DNA of 64,000 nt from contig MGEK01000023.1 of assembly GCA_001791325.1 (NCBI GenBank), positions 4,405-68,404 on the forward strand, read 5' to 3'. This DNA is from Candidatus Uhrbacteria bacterium RIFCSPLOWO2_01_FULL_47_25. GTDB taxonomy: Bacteria > Patescibacteriota > Patescibacteriia > GWA2-46-9. The position numbers and the translations under genes are program-made. Position 1 is the stretch's first letter; every line of letters begins with the position of its first letter. The notes under the pieces are model-generated. The model was not told the DNA's origin, did not search any database, and saw only the letters and a list, made by a program, of their open reading frames with translations. Below, piece by piece: positions 50,060 through 58,138 of the stretch.

Positions 50060-51805
50060 TTATTGTTTGGCGGCATATTGACGTGCCACCCACCCCTCGC
50101 TCTTATTATTGACCGGCAGTATGTTATCCACGCTCCCATTATCTAGTTGTATTTTATACCATTTTTCCCCTTCCTGCAACAGGGGATAACTTTTATTGGG
50201 GTAAACCTTAGTAATTATTGGATAATTTGTGCCTGGCCCAGAACGAACATTCAACCAGCCGGTGGGAGTATCTAAAATAAGCACTTTTTGCAGCTCTGGA
50301 TTAACCACTGCTCCAGACGGCTCTTCCAGCCCTGCGGTATCTGGTTCCTGATTACTTAATTCAGGCTCTGCACCTGGTGAGGGTTCTTCACCGACATCTG
50401 CATCAATGCCTAAATTAGAATCTAAATTTTTTAGTGGCCTTTCCGGAAAAACCAGCGAGGAAACATCTCTATTATCAGTAGCTAAGGGCTTATCCGCGGC
50501 TTCGTATTGATTAGTTGATTTATAAAACAAATACCAATAGCCAATTAGACCAGCAACAATCAAGCAAACTACTGCAAAACCCGCCAGCCAGTTCTTATGA
50601 GACCATACGCGTTTTGCCACGTTTTCAACCATAATCCCTTCTTTTCCAATTGTACGCTCAATCTTCGCCAAAACATTTTTAGAGGACGTAACTTCATGAA
50701 CTTCAGCTAAATTTAGAGACGGATCTATACTCTCCCACCATCCTGGGAACGCCCGTCGCGCGAGTCCAATCGCTTCAAGATAATAAAAATCAATGTCTTG
50801 GTCACTTGCTTCTGTTTTGATACCACGTTTTGTGGTCTGGCTAGGTGACTTTTTACGACGAGCAACTTTAACAGCCGGGTCTCCCAAGCGCACTGGCACA
50901 TCAAGGTTGGCGGTAAAATAATCTACTAGACCTTTGAGCCTGCTGGTGCCGCCCACAAAGACCACTTCTGCCACCGGCCGACCAAAATTTTGTTTGTAAT
51001 AATCAAGGGCTGTTTTTATTTCATTGCCGAGCGGCTCTAAGATTTTAACAAGGGTGGCCAAAATGTTGTCACCATCTTTAGTTAGGCCAACTCGTATTTT
51101 TAGCTCCTCGGCTTTTTCCCAAGAAGTTTTGGTAATCTTAGCTATTTCATGCGTCAAAGTATCACCGGCAATAAGAACTGAGTAAGTATAGCGCAAACCT
51201 TTATCGTCAAAAATATCTATGCCGCTTGTGACAGCCCCAATATCAACAACACAAACAGGAGCAGAAAGAGATTCTAAAAATAATCCTCTCCGAATAGCCA
51301 ATGGCTCAACATCAAACGTCTTAGCTACATTAAGCCCTACGCTTTCAAAAAAACTTTGCCAGTCCGAAACAATTGTCCGACTAGCCGCGATCAATAAAAT
51401 GTTAACCTTTTGCGTCTCTTCAGAAAGAACTGTGTAAGAATACAATAAATCATTTGCCGGAAGCGGTATGCTCATTAACGCCGCCTCAAGCACCAAATGC
51501 TCCCGCTCTTCTACTTGATGAGCGGGGAGATCAAAAAGATGAAAGTATATCTGACTCTCCGGCAAGCCAAAAACTACCTCACTTTGAGTGGCAAACGGAT
51601 CAAGAGCAGCCTGGGTAAAAACCTCATGCAGAGCGGCCGCTAACTTTTTTGCATCTTTGATTCTGCCTCGTTCAACGATGCCCGGCGGTAAGATTAGATG
51701 ACCGCGGTTAATGACCTCACAGCTATCATTTGTTTGCACCAGCTCTACCACGGCAATAGAGCGATCGGCGATATCTAGGCCGATGGACTTTCTTTTTAAT
51801 AACAT
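50060..51805 (-). CDS. pilM: type IV pilus assembly protein PilM (actin-like ATPase) fused to TM segment and C-terminal SH3b domain
   Basis: IGLDIADRSIAVVEL PilM N-terminus; TM helix; C-terminal WLNVRSGPGTNYPII...WYKI...GWV SH3_3 pattern. Confidence 0.7.
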   Translation of the reverse strand: MLLKRKSIGLDIADRSIAVVELVQTNDSCEVINRGHLILPPGIVERGRIKDAKKLAAALHEVFTQAALDPFATQSEVVFGLPESQIYFHLFDLPAHQVEEREHLVLEAALMSIPLPANDLLYSYTVLSEETQKVNILLIAASRTIVSDWQSFFESVGLNVAKTFDVEPLAIRRGLFLESLSAPVCVVDIGAVTSGIDIFDDKGLRYTYSVLIAGDTLTHEIAKITKTSWEKAEELKIRVGLTKDGDNILATLVKILEPLGNEIKTALDYYKQNFGRPVAEVVFVGGTSRLKGLVDYFTANLDVPVRLGDPAVKVARRKKSPSQTTKRGIKTEASDQDIDFYYLEAIGLARRAFPGWWESIDPSLNLAEVHEVTSSKNVLAKIERTIGKEGIMVENVAKRVWSHKNWLAGFAVVCLIVAGLIGYWYLFYKSTNQYEAADKPLATDNRDVSSLVFPERPLKNLDSNLGIDADVGEEPSPGAEPELSNQEPDTAGLEEPSGAVVNPELQKVLILDTPTGWLNVRSGPGTNYPIITKVYPNKSYPLLQEGEKWYKIQLDNGSVDNILPVNNKSEGWVARQYAAKQ

Positions 51806-51961
51806 AACTCAATAATTTCTAAATCCTAAGCTCTAATTTTTAAACAAATCACAATATCTAAATCACAAATAACAAACAGTTTGGAACATTGGGATTTCGT
51901 GCTTAGTTATTGTTTAGAGATTAGAAATTAGATATTAGAGATTACCATGGTGGGGTGTTAT

Positions 51962-52438
51962 TTAATCGCTTCTTTCTTCCCAAGAATTAATGGTGACAAT
52001 ATTTAAACTGCCTGGAATCTGTGCGACCACGGTTATAACGGCCTGAATTTTTTTATAATAACTGCCGCTCTGCCCAAGTATTGTCAGGCGGCGCTGGTTG
52101 CCCCCTAAATCCACAACACTTATTGTACACGAACCATTGACAACTGGAAAACTCGGGGATCCTGTATAGCCCGCATCTAAACGCAAACGCCGCATAGCCT
52201 CTTCCAGACACCCATCCGCGACGGAAAATGCTTCACCGCCCTTTTGATATGTATAACCAAGCTCAAGCTCGCCCAAGCCAAGCAGTGAAGCGCTAGTAGC
52301 CATAGTTAAAGCAACCACGCCAATGATTAAAACCGTTAAGAGGGCAGAGAAGCCAACAGGGTGTTCAGGCGTTAGCTTATTAGCTTGTAGCTTTTTAGAC
52401 CCTGACCGATTTTCTATATTCAATATTCTATATTCCAT
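51962..52438 (-). CDS. pseudopilin-like protein
   Basis: PVG/FSALLTVLIIGVVAL prepilin-like hydrophobic N-terminus; N-terminal codons of the model lie in a TATATTC repeat. Confidence 0.5.
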   Translation of the reverse strand: MEYRILNIENRSGSKKLQANKLTPEHPVGFSALLTVLIIGVVALTMATSASLLGLGELELGYTYQKGGEAFSVADGCLEEAMRRLRLDAGYTGSPSFPVVNGSCTISVVDLGGNQRRLTILGQSGSYYKKIQAVITVVAQIPGSLNIVTINSWEERSD

Positions 52439-52444
52439 ATTCTT

Positions 52445-53044
52445 TCACTGCCTAACACTCACGGCCATACGCAGACTTTGTGAATAATTATATTCTACAT
52501 CATTGGAATCATTTTTGTAGGCCACGGTAATTTCCACTCCGATATTTTCGCGCGCATTACCGCCGCCGTAATTACGAAACACCAAATTAGTAGCTTCAAC
52601 CCTACTGCCGGTAATAGACACGGGCTGACTGGCGCCTTCGCTAATTTGAATCGCGCCGTTTGCGTCTACATCAATCACTGTTGGATTTTTTAGAACATCC
52701 GCCATGACGAGCGACAACCTGCCTGGACTGCTGTCAAAAACCGAATCACCGGCATTAACTCCCGTGGCCGCCTTAATGCGCTGGCTAATAATCTCAACAG
52801 CTATACGAGCATTGGCCTGCACTTCCTGCGCCACATAAGTTTTATTGCGCACCCCGGCCACAGACAAACTATATGAGATAAAAGTCACGGCCACGCCGCC
52901 AATAACGACAATATAAATGAGCAGCTCTATGAGAGTGAAGGCTCTAGGCATTAGCTTATTAGCTTGCTCGCCCCGTGCAGTCCCGCCTGGCGGGACGAAG
53001 CGGGGTAGCTTTTTAGATAAAAATTTAAATGTTTTATCAATCAT
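52445..53044 (-). CDS. type IV pilin-like protein
   Basis: AFTLIELLIYIVVIG prepilin N-terminus preceded by a 40-aa extension containing a GC-rich hairpin insertion. Confidence 0.6.
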   Translation of the reverse strand: MIDKTFKFLSKKLPRFVPPGGTARGEQANKLMPRAFTLIELLIYIVVIGGVAVTFISYSLSVAGVRNKTYVAQEVQANARIAVEIISQRIKAATGVNAGDSVFDSSPGRLSLVMADVLKNPTVIDVDANGAIQISEGASQPVSITGSRVEATNLVFRNYGGGNARENIGVEITVAYKNDSNDVEYNYSQSLRMAVSVRQ

Positions 53045-53085
53045 AAATGCAAAATGTAAAAAGCTAAGAAGCTAATGCCTAATTC

Positions 53086-55194
53086 CTATCTATAGTTGAT
53101 CCTTAATTCATTCAAGATCGGCGTGGCCGTACCGTCGCCGATCAGTTCCACCCGATACTGCGCCCAGCGATTGTTATTAAGGGCGATTGGCGCTAAGGCT
53201 CCGCGAGGAATCGTAAAATATGTGCCTGCTCCAGTAGCGCCGTACCATGACGCGGTTGAGAGTGCCGCTAAATCCAAAGTGGTACGAATCTGAAGCTTGA
53301 CAGCACAGCCAACACAACCTCCTGGTGTTTCATCCCACTCAACAATTTGCCAAACTCTATTAACGCTAGCGTCAAAAGCTGATGAGCGTAACCAGCCGCT
53401 TGAGGCGAATGGTCCTCCGGAACCCTGAACCTCGCAATCAACAATTACCTCATCAAGAATCACCTGTTGTGTTCCACTGCCAACAAGAAACGCGCGAAAC
53501 TTCAGCCCGTCAGCGGTCACTGGAAATTCGGAAATATTACTATTGACCACCACGGCGGTATTATAATTTGTTGAACCTGCTACTACCCAGCCACTATTCC
53601 AATATTGCCACGATGCACCATTATCCTTGGAAAGCTGGTAATAAATCTGACCACCGTTTTTTGTAGCTACTTCATTGAAGCTTGTCCAACTATCTATCGG
53701 TGAAGGCTGATAGGCCGCATTTGGAGTGACCCATGGACCATCATTGGCATACGGCTGACCATGCGGCGAGTTGGGCGGTGTAAAAGGAGCAATCCAGCGA
53801 GCAACGCTGGAAACTCGCACTTCATCAAGGCGTCCATAAAAACTTGAGGTACCACCTTCGCTTAACCGAAACGGCGCATTGCCATTTTGAATACCAGCGC
53901 TATAGGAGACACGGGCTGCTGCAGACACCCCTCCGACAAACAAATATAAAAACGATCCATCATACACAGCGGCTACATGGCGCCACTGGTTCAATGGAAT
54001 GATCCCGGCACTGGATGTGATAGACCCCAGATTCAAGCCATTCCTAACCTCAAAACTTAATGAACCATTAATATTGACATACAAACGATAAGATCTGCTT
54101 GCCCCACTGGTCCACTTAGTAACAATAAAATCGCTTCCCGAAGAATAGGCCGTCTTGTTCACCCACGCATCAATAGTTAATGGCCCCATAATATCAAGAC
54201 CTTGCTGTGAGTTGTCTAAAATAGATCCAAAATCCGCACTGCTTTTAAATCGCACGGCGGTACCGAATTTGCCAGCTTGCCCATACAGCGGAGTGCCGTT
54301 CACTGTCAGATTGTTGTTATGGCCGGAGGCATCAATAAAATTTCCGCTCGCCTCGTCTAAGTGCCAAAGACCACGCGTGGTGGCTGGATTAATCAACTGC
54401 CCACCCATATCTTTAAGACGGGCTACGTTGTTATTGCCAGCGTCAACCTCAATCTTAGCAGGATCGCTCAAAGTGTAATCTGAAGCAGTGCTAAAATCCC
54501 AAGTTTTTGATGGACAAACTGGCGGTGGCCCAATGGACTTCAGCTTTACTTCACCGGCTGTTGATACGTCAATATTACCATCGTCAGCTTCATAACGCCT
54601 TGAGTCAGACCATATTGCCTGACCTGATCCGCCTGACCAATCGGTCTGGGTCCACTCGCGCGAATCCCAATTTGTAAGATAAGACGTGCGCTCAACATAA
54701 TTAGCCGCGCCTTGGCCGGGTGACCAATTAACTTTGACCTTAACCTGTTTGCTATGCACATCAATATATGAACTAGGGCAATCAGCAATGTCATTGCTCG
54801 CGTTTCGGCAAACATCGCTAAAAGTAATAGTGCGTGTGTACTTATTTTCTATTAACTCCGACGAAGCCGAACTCAACTCCCACTGGCCAGCATTGACAGA
54901 AACTTTGGCTGGAGAGTATATCAATTTATTCCAAGCCCGATTGGCAATAGCTTTAACCGCTTCTATGCCCTCCTCCGCCAGCGCTCCGGCCTGCGTCTGC
55001 TCGCCGCCGCGGCTTAAGCCCATAAAACTTCCAGCCGCTAAAGTTACCACAGCCGTGGCGAGTAGCGCGAAAATACCCAGAGCCACCACTACCTCTAAAA
55101 GACTCTGACCGCGATTGTCAAAAATTAGTTTATTGGGCATTGGCTGATTAGACCACGCGCAGAAATTGTGATAACGCCTTCGTTTATTCAACAT
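53086..55194 (-). CDS. large (about 700 aa) minor pilin with concanavalin/LamG-like domain (putative tip adhesin)
   Basis: Pseudopilin signal NRG/QSLLEVVVALGIFALLA; large beta-rich C-terminal region. Confidence 0.6.
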   Translation of the reverse strand: MLNKRRRYHNFCAWSNQPMPNKLIFDNRGQSLLEVVVALGIFALLATAVVTLAAGSFMGLSRGGEQTQAGALAEEGIEAVKAIANRAWNKLIYSPAKVSVNAGQWELSSASSELIENKYTRTITFSDVCRNASNDIADCPSSYIDVHSKQVKVKVNWSPGQGAANYVERTSYLTNWDSREWTQTDWSGGSGQAIWSDSRRYEADDGNIDVSTAGEVKLKSIGPPPVCPSKTWDFSTASDYTLSDPAKIEVDAGNNNVARLKDMGGQLINPATTRGLWHLDEASGNFIDASGHNNNLTVNGTPLYGQAGKFGTAVRFKSSADFGSILDNSQQGLDIMGPLTIDAWVNKTAYSSGSDFIVTKWTSGASRSYRLYVNINGSLSFEVRNGLNLGSITSSAGIIPLNQWRHVAAVYDGSFLYLFVGGVSAAARVSYSAGIQNGNAPFRLSEGGTSSFYGRLDEVRVSSVARWIAPFTPPNSPHGQPYANDGPWVTPNAAYQPSPIDSWTSFNEVATKNGGQIYYQLSKDNGASWQYWNSGWVVAGSTNYNTAVVVNSNISEFPVTADGLKFRAFLVGSGTQQVILDEVIVDCEVQGSGGPFASSGWLRSSAFDASVNRVWQIVEWDETPGGCVGCAVKLQIRTTLDLAALSTASWYGATGAGTYFTIPRGALAPIALNNNRWAQYRVELIGDGTATPILNELRINYR

Positions 55195-55227
55195 ATCCTA
55201 ATAAGCTAAGAAGCTAACGCCTAATTC

Positions 55228-55734
55228 CTAGTCAGTGACCATGCCTAATGAATTAATGGTAATGACAGTACTTTTGCCAAGAGCATTGGTTAAAGTAATA
55301 TCTCCTGTCGTACTCGGCTCGCCCAGGCCTCGAGAAAAATTAATATCATCGCCCGTGAGAGTTGTTAACAAAGACAGTGAATCTTCCAAAGTGACCGTGC
55401 GATCAAAATCGGTGTCTTCAGCGCCGCGACCTAAATAAGCGGGCCCTTGATATAAAATAAATCTATCCGGACCATTTGGGTCAATATCAAAAAATACGCC
55501 ATGCGGCTTGTTATTCACTCTGGCCAGACTGCGCGCCTGAGCCGTGCGAACCGTTTGAACGATTTCCGCTGTCCGTTCGTTCAAATAACTTGAAGATTGA
55601 AAATTTCCATAAATAGGAATGGCGACGGCCATTAGTAAAAGCGTAATACTAACAACAATTAGTAACTCAATGATTGAGAAGCCGGTTTTGTTTTGAAAAA
55701 GCCGATCGTGATATCTTATGAGTAGCTGCCTCAT
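55228..55734 (-). CDS. pseudopilin (GspH/FimT-like), start at internal Met
   Basis: KTG/FSIIELLIVVSITL prepilin signal. Confidence 0.6.
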   Translation of the reverse strand: MRQLLIRYHDRLFQNKTGFSIIELLIVVSITLLLMAVAIPIYGNFQSSSYLNERTAEIVQTVRTAQARSLARVNNKPHGVFFDIDPNGPDRFILYQGPAYLGRGAEDTDFDRTVTLEDSLSLLTTLTGDDINFSRGLGEPSTTGDITLTNALGKSTVITINSLGMVTD

Positions 55735-55741
55735 CAAACCG

Positions 55742-56830
55742 CTAGCGGCCAATTCTACCGGTAATGTCATATATCGGAGTAATAATAGAAATGGCTAAAA
55801 ATCCAACCGCCAAACCCATCACCAAAAGCAAGGCTGGTTCAATGGCCGCCGACAATGATTTTGTCGCAGTATCTACCTCAACCTCATAAAAATTGGCAAG
55901 ATAAAAAAGAGTTTCCTCATAGCGCCCTGATTCTTCGCCAACTTTAATCATTCTCGTCACTAACGGCGGAAATATATGGCCTACACGTTCTAGGCTCTCG
56001 GAAAGTTTCGCCCCCCGGCCAACGTCTCGGCTAATCTGTTCAAGAGCACGCCGATAATAATAGTTGCGAGTTGTTTCGGCGGTAATATGAAGAGCTGAAT
56101 CAATGGTTACACCGCTTTTTAAAAGCATTCCCAAGGTGCGGCAGAAACGAGCTAAATTCACATTGCGGCTAATTTTTTTAACTATTGGCGTATGGAGTAA
56201 TAAATAATGAGTGAATGGTTGCGTGAATGTTCGGCGAGATAGCCAGCTCGTCAAAATTATGAATAGCGCCAAACTGACCAAAGCAATTTCTCCCCGCTGT
56301 TCCATAAAACGCGAGAATTTAATCAGCATTCTGGTGGAGAAAGGTAGGTCGGCTTTCAAGCCCTCAAAAAGAGGAATGATTTTGGGCAAAACCATAAATG
56401 ACATCACTGCTCCTAAAATCACGGCCACCACCAGAACAATGGCCGGATAAACCATGGCTCCGCGCACTTTGCCAATAAGCTCTTTTTCTTTTTCCAATTG
56501 CTCCGCCACGTTCTCCAGACTTTCAGAGAGCGTTCCGGAAGTCTCGCCGGCATAAACGGCATTAACAAAAAAACCGGAAAAAACTTTAGGATATTCGGCC
56601 AGAGATGAAGAAAGAGTGTGACCAGACTCAACTGATTTTAAAATGTTTGCCAACACTCTACTCAATTTCCCATCGGCTGAATCACGCGCCACGGACAAAG
56701 CCTCGGTAATAGAAAGACCCGATTTCAGCATCACCGCCAGATGTTTAGCCGTGACTGCCTTGGCGGTAAGACCAACGCCTCCGATGGTCAGCGTAGCTCC
56801 TAATAATTTCTTCCCAGATAGTCTGGTCAT
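55742..56830 (-). CDS. pilC: type IV pilus inner-membrane platform protein PilC (T2SSF)
   Basis: Two T2SSF-domain repeats, 3 TM. Confidence 0.85.
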   Translation of the reverse strand: MTRLSGKKLLGATLTIGGVGLTAKAVTAKHLAVMLKSGLSITEALSVARDSADGKLSRVLANILKSVESGHTLSSSLAEYPKVFSGFFVNAVYAGETSGTLSESLENVAEQLEKEKELIGKVRGAMVYPAIVLVVAVILGAVMSFMVLPKIIPLFEGLKADLPFSTRMLIKFSRFMEQRGEIALVSLALFIILTSWLSRRTFTQPFTHYLLLHTPIVKKISRNVNLARFCRTLGMLLKSGVTIDSALHITAETTRNYYYRRALEQISRDVGRGAKLSESLERVGHIFPPLVTRMIKVGEESGRYEETLFYLANFYEVEVDTATKSLSAAIEPALLLVMGLAVGFLAISIITPIYDITGRIGR

Positions 56831-56844
56831 ATATTGACCATTCT

Positions 56845-57261
56845 TTATGAACGCGCCGCGCCAATGTCCTCCTGTTTCTTTTGTTTCATAGCCAAATATT
56901 TACGTACTTCCACGCCAAGTTTTGTGATAGGAAAATCGGTTTTGACTAAATAACCGACGGCTCCGAGGTCCAAACCTGTTTTGATATCTGAATCCTGACC
57001 TAAATTGGTTAAAATAACTACCGGAATATTCTTGGTATGAGCGTGAAGTTTCATTTCACTTAAAATATCAAAGCCGTTTTTGTGCGGCAGAACGATATCA
57101 AGAATAACTAAATCCGGCTTCTCGTTCATAACCTTATTCAATCCTTCATCACCGGAAATCGCCATGCTAACCTCAAACCCCTCGCGTCGCAACTGGTCAG
57201 TATATAATTTATTCAGGAATTTATCGTCTTCAATAACTAAAATTTTGGCCGTATTTTCCAT
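56845..57261 (-). CDS. single-domain response regulator (CheY-like receiver)
   Basis: Receiver-domain signature (KILVIEDD... conserved Asp and Lys); ATG 1 nt after TIR element E. Confidence 0.85.
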   Translation of the reverse strand: MENTAKILVIEDDKFLNKLYTDQLRREGFEVSMAISGDEGLNKVMNEKPDLVILDIVLPHKNGFDILSEMKLHAHTKNIPVVILTNLGQDSDIKTGLDLGAVGYLVKTDFPITKLGVEVRKYLAMKQKKQEDIGAARS

Positions 57262-57262
57262 A

Positions 57263-57389
57263 CCCCATTAGAAGGCCTTCCCAGCCCCGCCTAGCGGGAC
57301 TGATAAGATAAGCGGTTGAATGAATAATAATAGTTACGTTGGCGGTTTATAGAGAGTGGATTAATCATAAAGACGGCCTTCTAACGGGG
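57263..57389. repeat. TIR element copy E with co-varied termini (CCCCATTAGAAGGCC ... GGCCTTCTAACGGGG), filling the HK-RR intergenic space
   Basis: Termini changed AAGTCC to AAGGCC on both arms, keeping complementarity; ends 1 nt before the response-regulator ATG and starts 7 nt after the kinase stop. Confidence 0.8.
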
Positions 57390-57396
57390 CATATCC

Positions 57397-58137
57397 TCAC
57401 TTTTGCTTCTTTAATTGTACAGGTAAAAAGAAGTAAAAGGTAGAGCCATCTCCGAGGTTGCTCTCAAACCAAATTTTACCGCCGCTTTGTTCAATAATGG
57501 CCTTAGTGATAAATAGTCCTAATCCGGACCCAGTCGGCAGTAATTCAATGGCTTTGCGGCCTCTGTAGAATTTTGAAAAAATTTTCTTTTGCTCCTCCTT
57601 GGAAATTCCAATTCCGTTATCTTGACAAGAAAAAATAATCTTTTGCCCAACCTTCTTTAATCTTATTATTATTTCACCACGACCTTGTTCATAGCGCATG
57701 GCGTTATCAATAATATTATTGACGGCTTGCTGAATTTTAGTCGCATCAACACTAACGAGAGGGATTTCTCCCTCGGGCATAAAAGAAATAGAAGCATTGG
57801 TCGCGCGGGCAAACGTCGCGACATTATCAATTGTGTCTTTGATGAGTTTAACTAAATCGGTCGGCTGTATATTAAGTTTCAGTTCTTTTTGGTCAATTCT
57901 CGCGGCATCCAATAAATCTTTCACTAAAGATACCATTCTATCCACCTCGTCTAAGGCTATGTGCAAATATTCCTGCTGATTTTTAGTTAAAGCACCTAGC
58001 TGGCCGGATAATATTACTTCAAGAGATGATTTAATGCCAGCTAATGGAGATTTTAATTGATGGGCTATGATTGAGGTTACCTCAGATCTGATATCATGCT
58101 CCGGGGTACTTCTTTTTTTATGTTGATGGTGTGGCAT
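57397..58137 (-). CDS. sensorless cytoplasmic histidine kinase (HisKA + HATPase_c)
   Basis: H-box IAHQLKSPL; N, G1, G2 boxes; no TM or sensor domain. Confidence 0.85.
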   Translation of the reverse strand: MPHHQHKKRSTPEHDIRSEVTSIIAHQLKSPLAGIKSSLEVILSGQLGALTKNQQEYLHIALDEVDRMVSLVKDLLDAARIDQKELKLNIQPTDLVKLIKDTIDNVATFARATNASISFMPEGEIPLVSVDATKIQQAVNNIIDNAMRYEQGRGEIIIRLKKVGQKIIFSCQDNGIGISKEEQKKIFSKFYRGRKAIELLPTGSGLGLFITKAIIEQSGGKIWFESNLGDGSTFYFFLPVQLKKQK

Positions 58138-58138
58138 T

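Noticed and set aside
56419-56631. 70-aa ORF inside pilC (same strand, different frame) and 41172..41384 overlapping the cfa 3' end
   Set aside because: Both are embedded in or overlap well-supported genes, and the 41172 ORF also spans repeat element D. They are treated as spurious.
7373-57389. Interpreting the TIR elements as an autonomous insertion sequence
   Set aside because: No transposase, TnpB or any ORF lies inside any copy (they are 127-157 bp). They are therefore at most non-autonomous MITE-like elements or structured regulatory modules.
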